Source: Eledone cirrhosa
Taxonomy: Eukaryota
Direction of reading: 5' to 3'
DNA length: 64,000 nucleotides
Assembly (NCBI GenBank): GCA_964016885.1
Contig: OZ024763.1
Coordinates: 16,926,001-16,990,000, forward strand
The notes under the pieces are model-generated. The model worked only from the letters and a program-made list of their open reading frames with translations, was not told the origin of the DNA and made no database searches. A program made the position numbers and the translations under genes. Of the stretch, positions 15,162 to 29,954 are shown one piece after another. Positions within the stretch are counted from its first letter, which is position 1. Every line of letters begins with the position of its first letter.

Positions 15162-15313
15162 GGTATATATATATATATATATATATATGTGTATATAGGT
15201 GTCTATGTGTGAATATATGTCTTTATTCGTATGTGTGTATTTATGTATGTATATATTTATGTGTATGTATGTATGTGTATGTATGTATGTATATATATAT
15301 ATATATGTATATA

Positions 15314-15348
<35 letters not shown>

Positions 15349-15692
15349 TATTCTTTATTATTATTGTAATATAACTTATGTGTATATGTGTATAAGTGAG
15401 GTTGTGTATGTATATATACTATGTGTATATATAAGAGTAATGAAATATATATATATATATATATATGTGCATGTCTGTTTTTTATGTGTGTGTATATATA
15501 TATATGTATGTGTATATATGTATATATATATATATGTGTACGTGTGTGTATGTGGATATATGTGTATATATATATATATATATATACATGTGGGTGTTTG
15601 TATGTGTATTTTTGGTGGTATGAGTGTGTGGATATATATGTTTGTATATATATATGTATATGTATATATATGAGTCTATGTGTGTGTGTATG

Positions 15693-15729
<37 letters not shown>

Positions 15730-16500
15730 ATGTGTGTATGTGTTGCGCGTGAGTGTGTGTGTATTTATATCTTTTTATATGTGTATGTGTATGTTCGTGT
15801 AAATGTATGTGTGTGTATGACTGTATAGGTATGTGTGTATGTATGTATGTGTAGATATCTCTATGTGCGCGTACATGTATGTATGTGTATGTATATCTGT
15901 ATGTGTATGTACATTATATTATATTTATTATATTTTATTGTTTTTATTTTTTTATTTTTCTTAATTTATAGATACATTTATATTAGGCAGTCTGGTCTGA
16001 CAATCTAATACTGACCCCTCCCCCCCCCCCCTCCCACCTAATTTCTGTATCTTGATCTTGAAATGTGTGTACCAGTGTTTTTATGTGAGTGACTTAATTT
16101 CTATTTGCTTATGATTTTATATCCACATATATAAATGTGAGTGGGGGAGTGTGTGTGTTTGTATGTTCGTGGTTATGTGTATATTTATGCATATACGCAC
16201 ATGTATGTGTGATTATACTGATATGTGTGAGTATGAAAAAAATATATTTATATGCTTGACTCCATAAGTATCATTGCGTATCTTATCAGCGCATTAAGCT
16301 TACAGAGATATTAACCTTGAAATTTTGTGTTTGCATCCATCTTTTTAGTATGCACATACAAATTATACACACATTATTGTAAAATATGTGTAAGGTTTTT
16401 ACATGTATATACACACACCAAACTGCTTTTAACCCTTTGTGTTTTCATTGGTCAATTTTGAACTGATATTTTGAATTGTTGTTATTATCAATAAATATAC

Positions 16501-16655
16501 TTCATTATTTCTGAAGACGGCGTATATATGAGTTAGGTATGTATATTTAATCTTGATAATTTGTATAATTTTGTATAATTTTGTACATAGATCTGTTAAA
16601 TATGCATACCAATTATAACACATATATACCCTAGAAACGATCGTTAAATAGTGAA
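16501..16655 (+). ncRNA. Type I hammerhead motif with ~115 nt stem II insertion
   Basis: TTCATTATTT-CTGAAGA-(long stem/loop II)-GAAA-CGATCG-TT-AAATAGTGAA; 10 bp stem I; element tail runs to ~16845. Confidence 0.75.
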
Positions 16656-17139
16656 CTTTTTTTGGTTTAATATAAGGAATTGTTTGTTCATTATTTGTTT
16701 AATATTTTATCTTGACTCTGTATACCGTTTATCTTTCACCGAAAGTGGATTTTCATTACATCTCTTCTTTCCATGATATCCGGAATACATTGAGTTCTTC
16801 ATACGGATTGGACACTACCGTAAACTCTTGGTAGATTTATCTACATATATTTATATATATATATTTATATATATATATTTATATATATATTTATATATAT
16901 ATATTTATATATATATTTATATATATATTTATATATATATTTATATATATATTTATATATATATTTATATATATATTTTTATATATATTTATATATATAT
17001 TTATATATATTATTTATATATATTATTTATATATATTATTTATATATATTATTTATATATATATTTATATATATTATTTATATATATTATTTATATATAT
17101 TATTTATATATATTATTTATATATATATTTATATATATT

Positions 17140-17170
<31 letters not shown>

Positions 17171-17375
17171 TTATATATATTTATATATATATTTATATAT
17201 ATTTATATTTATATATATTTATATATATTTATAGTATTAGTTATACTATTTATGGTTATGTAAACACAAAACCTTAAGCAGTTGTAAGTATTTTACACAC
17301 ACCCTAAATAGTGGTAGGCAGTAATGTATTACTACCTTATTACCAGTAATATTATATATATATTATATATATATT

Positions 17376-17428
<53 letters not shown>

Positions 17429-17711
17429 ATTTATATATATTTATATATATATATATTTATATATATATATATATTTATATATTTATATATATATATTTAT
17501 ATATATATATATATATATTTTTATATATATATATATTTTTATATATATATATATTTTTATATATATATATATTTTTATATATATATATATTTTTATATAT
17601 ATATATATTTTTATATATATATATTTTTATATATATATATATTTATATATTTATATATATATTTATAAATATATATATATAGTTATGTAATAAAGAACAT
17701 AAGATAATTAT

Positions 17712-17773
17712 TTCATTTACCAGTGGTTTCTTGAAGACAGATATTAATATCTGTCTTCAGTCATCAGAATGAA
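17712..17773 (-). ncRNA. Type I hammerhead motif (left arm of fold-back element 17681-17995)
   Basis: Reverse complement: TTCATT-CTGATGA-CTGAAGACAGATATTAATATCTGTCTTCAA-GAAA-CCACTGG-TA-AATGAA. Confidence 0.85.
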
Positions 17774-17838
17774 TAAATAACATGGTGTATTTATTAAATA
17801 TTTTTATTAGATATTTAATAAACACACCATGTTATTTA

Positions 17839-17898
17839 TTCATTCTGACGACTGAAGGCAGACACAACATCTGCCGTAAGAAACCACTGGTAAATGAA
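17839..17898 (+). ncRNA. Type I hammerhead motif (right arm)
   Basis: TTCATT-CTGACGA-CTGAAGGCAGA..TCTGCCGTAA-GAAA-CCACTGG-TA-AATGAA. Confidence 0.8.
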
Positions 17899-18007
17899 AT
17901 AATTATCTTATGTTGTTTATTACATAACTAATAAGCTCTGTAGACTACATAGAGCACTCTTTTTTCCTGTACCTTTCCTACGGAAATACTTCATTTATAT
18001 ATATATA

Positions 18008-18603
18008 CTACGTTGGTAATGTCACGTGATGCGCATGAAAGACGACAGCTGTATAACAAAGTGCAGGGCAATAAAGATAGACGGTAGCCACGGAGTAGGC
18101 AGACCCAGAAAAACCTGGGACGAGCTGATAAATTCCGACCTCACACACTTACACCTCTCCAAGACAATGTCACTGGACCGAGACCTTTGGCGGTACACAG
18201 TAATAGAGAAGACCCGCCTTACCTAAATACAAAGTAAAAACCTACTACAGTCAGTAGGCATCTCTAACAAAATACACCCCCGTACCACTACCCCCACCCC
18301 ATCCACACCGCCCCTTTCAACGTAAAGTTATGTTGGTCCCACAACATCCAGGCCGAAACAAATGAGATCGTGTAGGTGTCACGACAAAAAAACACACAGT
18401 CCACGCTGTAATGTGGCCGTGTAGGCAACACGGTAAAAACCTCCCAGCCCCACACTGTAAATGTGGTTGGTTTTAGGAAGGGCATCCAGCTGTAGAAAAC
18501 CCGCCAGACAGTCCTATGCGAGCAAGACAACCACTCTTGCCTCAAGTGGGAAAACCCCCGTCCATGCAAGCGTGGAACAGGGACGTTAAATGATGATGAT
18601 GAT
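18008..18603 (+). mobile_element. 5'-truncated RTE-type LINE 3' end with 3' UTR and (GAT)n tail
   Basis: Translation HVMRMKDDSCITKCRAIKIDGSHGVGRPRKTWDELINSDL is typical of an RTE ORF2 C-terminus; UTR copies are inverted at 19480-19637 and 20345-20745. Confidence 0.8.
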
Positions 18604-18676
18604 ATATATATATATATATATTCAGGTTTGAGGTTCACCACTGTATAGAGCTGGTCTATTCCGTATTATATTTCGA

Positions 18677-18734
18677 ATACCTGATGATATCACCGGATCC
18701 ATACGGAACCCGGTCATTGAAATGATCATAGTAT
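18677..18734 (+). ncRNA. Minimal type I hammerhead ribozyme motif
   Basis: ATAC-CTGATGA-..ACCGG..CCGGT..-GAAA-TGATCA-TA-GTAT; palindromic stem III ATGATCAT. Confidence 0.75.
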
Positions 18735-18780
18735 AATAAACCTTTCAAGGATTTACACAAATCCAGCCTCCTGTCATTTC

Positions 18781-18836
<56 letters not shown>

Positions 18837-18984
18837 GATTCAAATCCCGCTGAGATTAACTTTGCCTTTCACCCTTACGGGGTCGATAAAATAAAGTACC
18901 AGTAATGCACTGGGTAATTGCTGACCTTGTGCCAAAAAGTAGAAACAATTATCTCTCTCTCTATATATATATATCAGGATTCAT

Positions 18985-19407
18985 ATCATCATCATCATTT
19001 TACGTCCGCTTTTCCCTGCTTGCAAGGGTGGGACGGGTCTTATTCAGCACAGCATCTCTCCACTCGTCACGGTCCCTCGTCATCTCCACCGTGAGCTTCA
19101 ATGATCTGAGGTCTGTTCTCACCACCTCCGCCCATGTTTTTCGTGGTCTACCTCTACTACGTCTTCCTTCAACTGGCATTTCCTGGCACTTCTTCACCCA
19201 TCGGTCATCCTCCATGCGCATCACACGTCCATGCCACCTCAGTCTCCTCTCCCGTACACTACATTCTATCCCTCTCAGACACAGTTTCTCTCTCAACACA
19301 TTTATGCTGGGTCGTTCACGCACATTTACACTGCACATCCAACGGAGCATGCTTGCCTCATTTCTCTCCAGCCGTCGCATATCTTCTGCGGTAGCTGCCC
19401 ATGTCAT
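18985..19407 (-). mobile_element. RTE-type LINE ORF2 C-terminal fragment
   Basis: TWAATAEDMRRLERNEASMLRWMC...RRLRWHGRVMRMEDDRWVKK...GRRSRGRPRKTW; (GAT)n tail. Confidence 0.88.
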
Positions 19408-19702
19408 ATGTAATATATATATATATATTTATGAAAAGATTCAACTGAGCACCAGCCATTTCAACAGCTAGATCCGAGCGTTCGTATAGGACTGTCTGGC
19501 AGGTTTTCTACGGTTGGATGCCCTTCCTAACACCAACCACGTTTACAGTGTGGAACTGGGAAGTTTTTATCGTGTTACCTACACAGCCACATTACAGCGT
19601 GGACCGTGTGTTTTTTTTTTTTGTCGTGACACCTACAAGAGCGTGAAACTAATAAACCTTTGTTCGTACTGCCTCTCTATTTTGTTCCCGTTCCATTTTT
19701 CA

Positions 19703-19753
<51 letters not shown>

Positions 19754-19878
19754 GGAGGTGAGTTTTATTGTAGTACAATAAAGCAATGCAGATATCGGAT
19801 AAGAAGCACTCTACAGTTTGTAGGACTGGAGTATACATAATATATAAGATGTTTTTTAACCTTCATATCATGTCTTCC

Positions 19879-19949
19879 TATTTTATCTGATGAAAACACA
19901 AATGTTATTGCATGATGATATTTGTTTTTGAAATGCGCATAATAAAATA
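19879..19949 (+). ncRNA. Minimal type I hammerhead ribozyme motif
   Basis: TATTTTAT-CTGATGA-AAACACAAATGTTATT..GATGATATTTGTTTTT-GAAA-TGCGCA-TA-ATAAAATA; preceded by an inverted copy of its own 3' tail (19750-19850). Confidence 0.88.
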
Positions 19950-20230
19950 CATGGAACTCTTTTAACCATCTTTTGATCTTATATATTATATATATATATA
20001 TATTATATATATATATATAACTCCATCTTCCTTTCCTTATTATTATATTTTTTTTTCTTATTATATTCTTTCTTCCTCTTCCTTACCTTTTCCTTCCCCC
20101 TTCCTTTCCCTTCCCCCCTTCCTTTCCTTTTTTTTCCTAATCTCATATATCCATCTTATTTTATTTTACATATGTTTATTTAACACTTCACTGCTCGCAA
20201 GTGTTTTTTAAACTTCATATCATGTCTCCC

Positions 20231-20301
20231 TATTTTATCTGATGAGAACGCAAATATCATCCCATGATGATATTTGTTTTTGAAATGCACATAATAAAAT
20301 A
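20231..20301 (+). ncRNA. Minimal type I hammerhead ribozyme motif (same family as 19879)
   Basis: TATTTTAT-CTGATGA-GAACGCAAATATCATC..GATGATATTTGTTTTT-GAAA-TGCACA-TA-ATAAAATA. Confidence 0.85.
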
Positions 20302-21043
20302 TATGGAACTCTTTTAACCATCTTTTGATTTTATATTATATATATCATCATCATCATCGTTTAACGTCCATCTTCCACGCTTGCATGGGTTTGGATGGGA
20401 GTTTTCCCACTTGAGGCAAGATAGGTCGTCTCACTCGTATAGGACTGTCTGGCAGGTTTTCTATGGCTGGATGCCCTTCCTAACCCCAACCATAATTACA
20501 GTGTGGACTGGGAGGTTTTTACCGTGTTACCTACATGGCCACATTACAGCGTGGACTGTGTTTTTTTTTGTCGTGACACCTACACGACCTCATTTGTTTC
20601 GGACTGGATGTTGTGGTACCAACATAACTTCACATTGAAGGGGGTGGTGTGGATGGGGTAGGGGTAGTGGGACAGGGATGTATTTTTGTTAGAGGTGCCT
20701 ACTGACTGTAGGTTTCGCTTTGTACTTAGGCAAGGCGGGTCTTCTGTATATATATATATATATGTATATATATAGTTGAGATTGGCTATATTCCTAGCTA
20801 GGTTAGGTGTAGTGGAGTAGGAGAGTCTTATAGTGTTCTTATTGAATATGGTGTAGTACCTATGTTGTGTGGGGAAGTGTGTGTTTCAGCAAAGTGAAGA
20901 AAGTCCTAGCTATAGGTGTAGAGACCTCTCTATTGAAAGGGTGAGGGGGAGTTGTACCAACTAATCTGCCTATTGTATGTGTGTGTGTGTGTGCCTGTGT
21001 ATATATATATGTATGTGTCTGTCTGTGTGTATATATATATGTA

Positions 21044-21097
<54 letters not shown>

Positions 21098-21233
21098 CAT
21101 AGGTATGTGTACATGTATGCATATGTGCGTGTGTGTGTGTATATTTATATATATATATAAATGTATGTATACAAGTATGTATATATGTGTGTGTGTGTAT
21201 ATATATATATAGGTATGTATACAAGTATGTATA

Positions 21234-21264
<31 letters not shown>

Positions 21265-21527
21265 GTGTGTGTATATATATGTGTGTGTATATATATATAT
21301 ATATAGGTATGTATACAAGTATGTATATGTGTGTGTGTATATATATATATATGTGTGTGTGTATATATATGTGTATATATATATATATATATATAGGTAT
21401 GTATACAAGTATGTATATGTGTGTGTGTATATATATATATGTGTGTATTTATATATGTGTGTATGTGTATTTATATGTATGTATATATATATATGTGTGT
21501 GTGTGTGCATATATATATGTATGAACA

Positions 21528-23093
21528 TGTAGTGTAGTGTGATATGGTGTCATGTAGTGTGGCGCAGTGTAGTGTAGTGTGGTGTAGTACAGTACAGTGT
21601 AGTATAGTGTGGTGTGGTGTAGTACAGTACAGTGTAGTGTAATGCAGTGTAGTGTAGGGTGTTGTAGTATAGTACAGTGTAGTATAGTGTGGTGTGGTGT
21701 AGTATAGTACAGTGTAGTGTAATGCAGTGTAGTGTAGGGTGTTGTAGTATAGTACAGTGTAGTATAGTGTGGTGTAGTGTAGTACATCATGGTATAGCTT
21801 AGTGTAGTGTGGTGTAGTATAGAACAGTGTAATGTAGTATGGTGTGGTGTAGTATATTACAGTACAGTGTAATTTAGTGTGGTGTGTAGTACAGTGTAGT
21901 GTGGTGTGTAGTGCAGTGTAGTGTAGTGTGGTGTGTAGTATAGTACAGTGTAATGTAGTTTGGTGTGGTGTAGTACAGTGTAATGTAATGTAGTTTGGTG
22001 TATTACAGTACATTGTAGTGTAATGTAGTGTACTACAGTATAGTGTAATGTGGTGTAGTGTAGTGTAGTGTAGTACAGTACAGTGTAATGTAGTTTGGTG
22101 TAGTGTAGTGTAGTACAGTGTAGTGTGGTGTGTAGTGCAGTGTAGTGTGGTGTGTAGTATAGTACAGTGTAATGTAGTTTGGTGTGGTGTAGTACAGTGT
22201 AATGTAATGTAGTTTGGTGTATTACAGTACATTGTAGTGTAATGTAGTGTACTACGGTATAGTGTAATGTGGTGTAGTGTAGTGTAGTGTAGTACAGTAC
22301 AGTGTAATGTAGTTTGGTGTAGTGTAGTGTAGTACAGTGTAGTGTGGTGTAATGTAGTGTAGTATAATGTAGTGTAGTACAGTACAGTGTAGTGTGGTGT
22401 GGTGTGGTGTGATGTAGTGTAGTGTAATGTAGTACAGTACAGTGTAGTATAGTGTGGTGTAGTGTAGTACAGTACAGTGTAGTATAGTGTAGTGTAGTGT
22501 AGTACAGTACGGTGTAGTGTAGTACAGTACAGTGTAGTATAATGTAGTGTAGTACAGTACAGTGTAGTGTAGTGTTGTGTGGTGTGATGTAGTACAGTGT
22601 AGTGTGGTGTGGTGTGATGTAGTGTAGTACAGTGTAGTGTGGTGTGGTGTGATGTAGTGTAGTGTAGTGTAGTACAGTGTAGTGTAGTGTGGTGTAGTGT
22701 AGTACAGTGTAGTGTAGTGTGGTGTTATGTAGTGTAGTGTAGTACAGTGTGGTGTAGTGTAGTGTATTACAGTGTAGTGTGTAGTGTAGTACAGTGTGGT
22801 GTAGTGTATTACAGTGTAGTGTAGTGTGGTGTGATGTAGTGTAGTGTAGTACAGTGTGGTGTAGTGTAGTGTAGTACAGTGTAGTGTAGTGTGGTGTGAT
22901 GTAGTGTAGTACAGTGTAGTGTAGTGTGGTGTGATGTAGTGTAGTGGAGTACAGTGTGGTGTAGTGTAGTACAGTGTGGTGTGGTGTGATGTGATGTGAT
23001 GTAGTGCAGTGTAGTACAGTGTAGTGTAGTATAGTGTAGTGTAGTACAGTACGGTGTAGTGTAGTGTAGTACAGTACAGTGTAGTGTAGTGTG
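21528..23093. repeat. (GTGTA)n-type pentanucleotide satellite
   Basis: Degenerate tgtag/tgtgg/tacag units. Confidence 0.92.
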
Positions 23094-24113
23094 GTTATTT
23101 GTGCTAAACGTCCACACTATATATATGTCTGACCTCACAGATGAGGTCGGAATCAATTTTTTGTGAACCCTCCACACACATACACACATATAGACATACA
23201 CACATACACACATATAGACATACACACATATACACATAGAGACATATAGGTACACATACACACATATACACATATATATAGACAGGTACACACATACACA
23301 CATAGACTCATACACATACATAGACATATATATAGACAGGTACACACATACACACATATATAGACATATACAGTCACACACATATAGACATACACACATA
23401 GACAGTCGCACAGATAGACACATGCATACACTTAGACAGACATACACATACACACACAGACACATATATATACATAGACACACACATACAGACACATATA
23501 TATACATAGACACAGACACATACACATAGACAGACACACATACATAGTTGCACACACATACACACACACACACAACATACATACAGTTGCACACACAGAC
23601 ACATACATACACAGAGATTCACATACAGTTGCGCACACATGCATACAGTTACACTCACACAGACACACACATTTGCACAGACACACACACAGTTACATAC
23701 CCACACCCACCCACAGACACACAAATATAGTTACACACATACATAGTTACACACAGACACACAGTTGCACACACACACACACACACAGACACACATACAT
23801 AGTTACACACATACACTCACAGTTGCACACACACACACACAGACACACATACATAATTACACACATACATAGTTACACACATACACACACAGTTGCACAG
23901 ACACACACACACAGACACACATACATAGTTACACACATACACACACAGTTGCACAGACACACACACACACAGACACACATACATAGTTACACACATACAT
24001 AGTTACACACATACACACACAGTTGCACACACACACACACACACAGACACACAGACACACATACATAGTTACACACATACACTCACAGTTGCACACACAC
24101 ACACACACACACA

Positions 24114-24168
<55 letters not shown>

Positions 24169-24244
24169 ACACACACACATACATAGTTACACACATACAT
24201 AGTTACACACATACACACACAGTTGCACACACACACACACACAG

Positions 24245-24276
<32 letters not shown>

Positions 24277-24408
24277 ACACAGACACACAGACACACATAC
24301 ATAGTTACACACATACACACACAGTTGCACAGACACACACACACAGACACACATACATAGTTACACACAGACACACACACAGTTGCACACACACACACAC
24401 ACACACAG

Positions 24409-24440
<32 letters not shown>

Positions 24441-24616
24441 ACAGACACACATACATAGTTACACACATACATAGTTACACACATACACACACAGTTGCAC
24501 ACACACACACACACACACAGACACACATACATAGTTACACACAGACACACACACACAGACACACACACACAGACACACAGACACACATACATAGTTACAC
24601 ACATACACACACAGTT

Positions 24617-24657
<41 letters not shown>

Positions 24658-24889
24658 CACACAGACACAGTTGCAGAGACATTAACTTAACAAATCGAAA
24701 GTAGAGCCTGTTCATGGTCACTTGGTCAATTAGAAATAGCAGCCAGATTCCCTTCAAATCACACTCCACTGTCTTGAAAAATAAGAGACAAACCCAGTGA
24801 CGTGGTCACAGTGTGTGTGCCACAGTGGTCAACCCTTGAGCCCCCACCCGACTTCTCCATTTGCCAGCCCCCACCACATACCCTAAAAT

Positions 24890-25410
24890 GCTGCCCCGAT
24901 ACAACTGTCACCTGATAGTGTGGGCCACATATTGCAAGCTCCTAAACTTTCCCTGTTGGGCCCCCATCATATACCCAAAAGTTCTGCCCTGATAAAATTG
25001 TCACCCAGTGGTCTGGGCCACACATTGCCAGCACTTAATCCCCTTACCCAAAAGTTCTGCCCTGATAAAAGTGTTACCCTGGAGTGCGGGCCACCCACTG
25101 CCAGCACCAAAACCCCTTTCCCTGTTGGCCTTCATCACATGCTCAAAAGTACTGCCCCCGATAAAATTGTTACCCGGTGGTGTGGGCCAGTAATTGCAGA
25201 CCCCTATGTCCAGTACTGGACACACAAACAGTGGTGTAGCTAGCGCGTTTGCCACTCTGGACAACCCTTCAGTTTGCTGCCCCTTTCCACTGTAAAACCA
25301 CCCATTGTCAACCTCCTAACCTCCTTTCCCTGTTGGCCCCGATAAAAATTGTCACCCAGTGGGGGGGCTGACCACTCATTGCTGGCTGCTGGCTCCAGTA
25401 CTGGACAATC
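24890..25410. repeat. Degenerate local repeat / MITE-like remnant
   Basis: Recurring GATAAAATTGTCACCCAGTGG-like and CCTTTCCCTGTTGGC-like motifs; CAGTGGTGTAGC...GCTCCAGTACTG inverted ends. Confidence 0.45.
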
Positions 25411-25469
25411 ACATAAAATGAGGCAGCCCGAGATACAACTCACTATAATTTCTTCTTCTTTGTCCACTT

Positions 25470-25820
25470 ATTCCTGGGAGGGCCGTGGTGGCAGAGTCCT
25501 CAAGCACTCTTTCTAGCAGGTTCTGTCAGAAGAAGCAACCGTCTCCAGCTGATCTGGCTGGATCCCCAAGCAAGACCAGCCAAGCTCATGGATGTTATCC
25601 AACCATCTTGCTCAAGATCTACCCCTGCATCTCCTGCTGGTTGATTTTTCCTGTAAAATCTGCCCAGTGATTCTTTCCTGAGACATTCTAACCACATGTC
25701 CATAGTATCTGGGCTGTGATCTCTCAATTCGGAGAAGTAACAGCTATACCAGGAGTGACTCTCTGAGCTACAAATCTGTCCAGTGATTCTTTCCTGAGAC
25801 ATTCTAACCACATGTCCATA
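25470..25820 (-). mobile_element. Degraded RTE-type LINE 3' fragment with internal duplication
   Basis: Homologous to 52860-53480 and 59490-59935 (GATTCTTTCCTGAGACATTCTAACCACATGTCC, the WLGHV.RM..ER segment on minus). Confidence 0.7.
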
Positions 25821-26285
25821 GAATAAATATATGAATGATCAGTCATGGCTGTGATCATAGGGCATACAGGTCAGGATTGGCCTGGGGCTAAAAACAAACA
25901 ACAACATAATTCCTCTCTTTTCTGCTGTATCATCTGGGAGGTGATGGTGGCAGTAGTGGTTGGGTGGTTTGGTAGTGGTATATATTGTTTATGACCAGGG
26001 CAAACGTGGACTCTGTAAGCTGTAGTGTAGGCAACCCGTCTAGGAGAGCAGTCAACATCATTATCATTGTGTTTTTATTATCTGCTCTCCCTGCAAGCAA
26101 GGGTTGGATGTGTCCATACAGACCAAGTCAGTACTGAAGTGGAGCCACTGATCTCCCAAGCAAGCCAGGGATAGGTGTCTCATTTATTACTTTCTCATGT
26201 CCCATCGGGTGCTCAGGAGAGGTTTGTCATGCCTTTGACACAACTAAGGGTCCTCCCAATATCTGATATAGGACACAGAAGACCC

Positions 26286-26501
26286 TTAACCTTTTAGCAT
26301 TTACATTACTCTATATTTACTATTATATTTTCACAGTCAAGGCTTTACCTCACATAATATCGAATCTACGAGATTTTGGTATTATTTATTTTGAGAACAA
26401 TACCTCAACATCAGCATGAGTGGCCACTTACAGCCAGTTTGAACAGAAAGAGGTGAAAGAAATCTGGCTGCATATGGCCAGTTTAAGTGCTAAAGAGTTA
26501 A
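26286..26501 (-). mobile_element. piggyBac-like MITE (family of 9013)
   Basis: TTAA-flanked reverse complement of 9013-9235. Confidence 0.75.
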
Positions 26502-26642
26502 GTCCTGTCAGGTGCTGGTACTATGACAAAGTGGACCCAGTTGATGAAGTCATGTAGTCAGTGATAGATAGAAAGGGCATCCAGCCAGAAAGACCCTGTC
26601 AAATTTTCTGGAAATGGCATTCTTGTATATATATATATACAT

Positions 26643-26925
26643 AGTTCAATTCTCAGACCGGGTGATGTGTTGTTTCCTTGATTAAGACACTTTATTTCAC
26701 ATTGCTCCAGTTTACTCAGCTGTAGAAATGAGATGATAGGGACTGGGGTCCCTATCATTCCACTGCAAAGTGGACGTGTAGGCGCCACGGGAAAAAAGCA
26801 CCCAGCCTCACTGTAAATGAGGTTGGTGTTAGGAAGGGCATCCAGCTGTAGAAATCAAGCCAGAATCAGTTCCCGTCCCACCCTTGCAAGCAGGGAAAAG
26901 CGGACGTAAAATGATGATGATGATG
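26643..26925 (+). mobile_element. 5'-truncated SINE with CORE-like body and RTE-derived tail
   Basis: Near-identical to 59098-59385; tail shared with the RTE fragment end at 18985-19035. Confidence 0.75.
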
Positions 26926-27185
26926 ATATTTTAATATATTTTTTATCTAACAGAGCAGGTGTGAATTCTATAAACTAGTAAAAGCAACCCGTCTAGTAGA
27001 GCAGTCGCTCTGAATAAAAACTGATACAGGGAAGAGAGGACCCTCAAGTTTTGTCAGACAATCTCTATAGTGCTTGTGGTATGATAGAGCTCACCCAGTC
27101 AGGGCCAGACTTTCACCTGCAGCGGAAGGGTATCTAGCCAGAAAAAAACCTGCCAAATTTTCTGGAAAGGACATTCATATATATA

Positions 27186-28690
27186 CCACACCACATCAAT
27201 CAGAAAACCACACCACAACACACCACACAACCACACACTACACACCACACAACCACACACTACACATCACACAACCACACACTACACACCACACAACCAC
27301 AACATAACCACTCTAGAACATCACCATACCACAACACACAACAATCACAACCACAACATCACACTACACAACCACAGCACTCAACCACAACACACCACAT
27401 CATACTATACAACCACACTACACCACATCATACTATACAACCACACCACACTACACCACAACCTCTAGCACACAACGCCGCACCACAACACAACACCGCA
27501 CCACACCACCACGCCGCACTGCAACACAACACCACACCACAACACCACACCGGACCACACCACACCACAACACAACACAACACAACACCGCACCACACCA
27601 CAAAACCGCACCACACCACAACACAACACCGCACCACAAAACCGCACCACAACACCGCATCACAGAACCGCACCACAACACCGCTCCACACCACACCACA
27701 ACACCGCATCACAACACCGCACCACACCACAACACCGCACCACACCACAACACCGCCCCGCACCACAACACAACGCCACATCACACCGCACCTCAACACC
27801 GCACCGCAATATCGCACCACAACACAACACCGCACCACAACACCACAACACAATACCGCACCGCAATACCGCACCACCGCACCGCACCACAACACAACAC
27901 CGCACCACAATACCGCACCACAACACAATACCGCACCACAACACAATACCGCACCACAACACCGCACCGCAACACCGCACCGCAACACAACACCGCAACA
28001 CAACACCGCACCGCAATACCGCACCGCACCACAACACCGCACCACAATACCGCACCACAACACAACACCGCACCGCAACACAACACCGCACCGCAATACC
28101 GCACCACAACACAACACCGCAACACAACACAACACAACACCGCAACACAACACAACACCGCAACACAACACAACACCGCATCACAACACCGCACCACACC
28201 ACAACACCGCACCACACCACAACACCGCCCCGCGCCACACCGCACCACAACACAACGCCACATCACACCGCACCTCAACACCGCACCGCAATATCGCACC
28301 ACAACACAACACCGCACCACAACACCGCACCACAACACAATACCGCACCGCAATACCGCACCACCGCACCGCACCACAACACAACACCGCACCACAACAC
28401 AACACCGCACCACAATACCGCACCACAACACAACACCGCACCACAACACCGCACCGCAACACCGCACCGCAACACAACACCGCAACACAACACCGCACCG
28501 CAATACCGCACCACAACACAACACCGCACCACAATACCGCACCACAACACAACACCGCACCGCAACACAACACCGCACCGCAATACCGCACCACAACACA
28601 ACACCGCAACACAACACAACACAACACCGCACCACAACACAACACCGCAACACAACACCGCACCACAACACAACCACCATCACATCACAA
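27186..28690. repeat. (CACCA/CAACA/CACCG)n pentamer-derived satellite
   Basis: Direct reading; higher-order duplication visible around 27750-27900 and 28230-28390. Confidence 0.9.
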
Positions 28691-28788
28691 CCCGTAATAT
28701 TGACATTTGTGCAGTCTAGTTGTTTTTTTATCAACGTCTCACGTTGTCTGTCTGTCTGTCTCTCTCTGTCTCTCTCCCTCTGTCTCTC

Positions 28789-28821
<33 letters not shown>

Positions 28822-28934
28822 GTCTGTCTCTCTCTGTCTCTCTCCCTCTGTCTCTCTCTGTCTGTCTGTCTGTCTGTCTCTGTCTGTCTCTATCTGTCTC
28901 TCTCTCTCTCTGTCTCGCTGTCTGTCTCTCTGTC

Positions 28935-29059
<125 letters not shown>

Positions 29060-29907
29060 GTCTCTGTCTCTCTGTCTATCTGCCTGACTGCCTGTCTGTC
29101 CGCCTGTGTGTATATGTATATATCTATCCACTTATTTTTCTATCTATCAGAATATCTGTCCCTCTGTCTCTCTGTCTATCCCCCTGTCTATCTGTCTGTC
29201 CCTCTGTCTGTCCCTCTGTCTATCTGTCTATCCCTCTGTCTGTCCCCCTGTCTATCTGTCTGTCCCCCTGTCTATCTGTCTGTCCCCCTGTCTATCTGTC
29301 TGTCCCTCTGTCTATCTGTCTGTCCCTCTGTCTACGAAAGAGATTGGTATGCCAGCCTGTCTCTCAGTGCCTGTCTGCCTGACTCCGTCTTCACCAGTCC
29401 GTCTCTCTGTGTATATGTAAATATATATATATGTGTGTGTCTGTAAATATGTAAATATATATATATGTGTGTGTGTCTGTAAATATATATATATGTGTGT
29501 CTCTGTGTGTATATGTAAATATATATATATATATATATGTGTGTGTCTCTGTGTATATGTAAATATATATATATATGTGTGTATATGTAAATATATATAT
29601 ATATGTCTGTGTGTATATGTAAATATATATATATGTGTGTGTATATGTAAATATATATGTCTGTGTGTATATGTAAATATATATATATGTGTGTGTATAT
29701 GTAAATATATATGTCTGTGTGTATATGTAAATATATATATATGTGTGTGTCTGTGTATATGTAAATATATATATATGTGTGTGTCTGTGTATATGTAAAT
29801 ATATATATATATGTGTGTGTGTGTCTGTGTATATGTAAATATATATATATGTGTGTGTCTGTGTATATGTAAATATATATATATGTGTGTGTGTCTGTGT
29901 GTATATG

Positions 29908-29954
<47 letters not shown>

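Noticed and set aside
21528-23093. G/T-rich pentamer array as an interstitial telomere
   Set aside because: Unit is TGTAG/TGTGG, not TTAGGG; an ordinary satellite.
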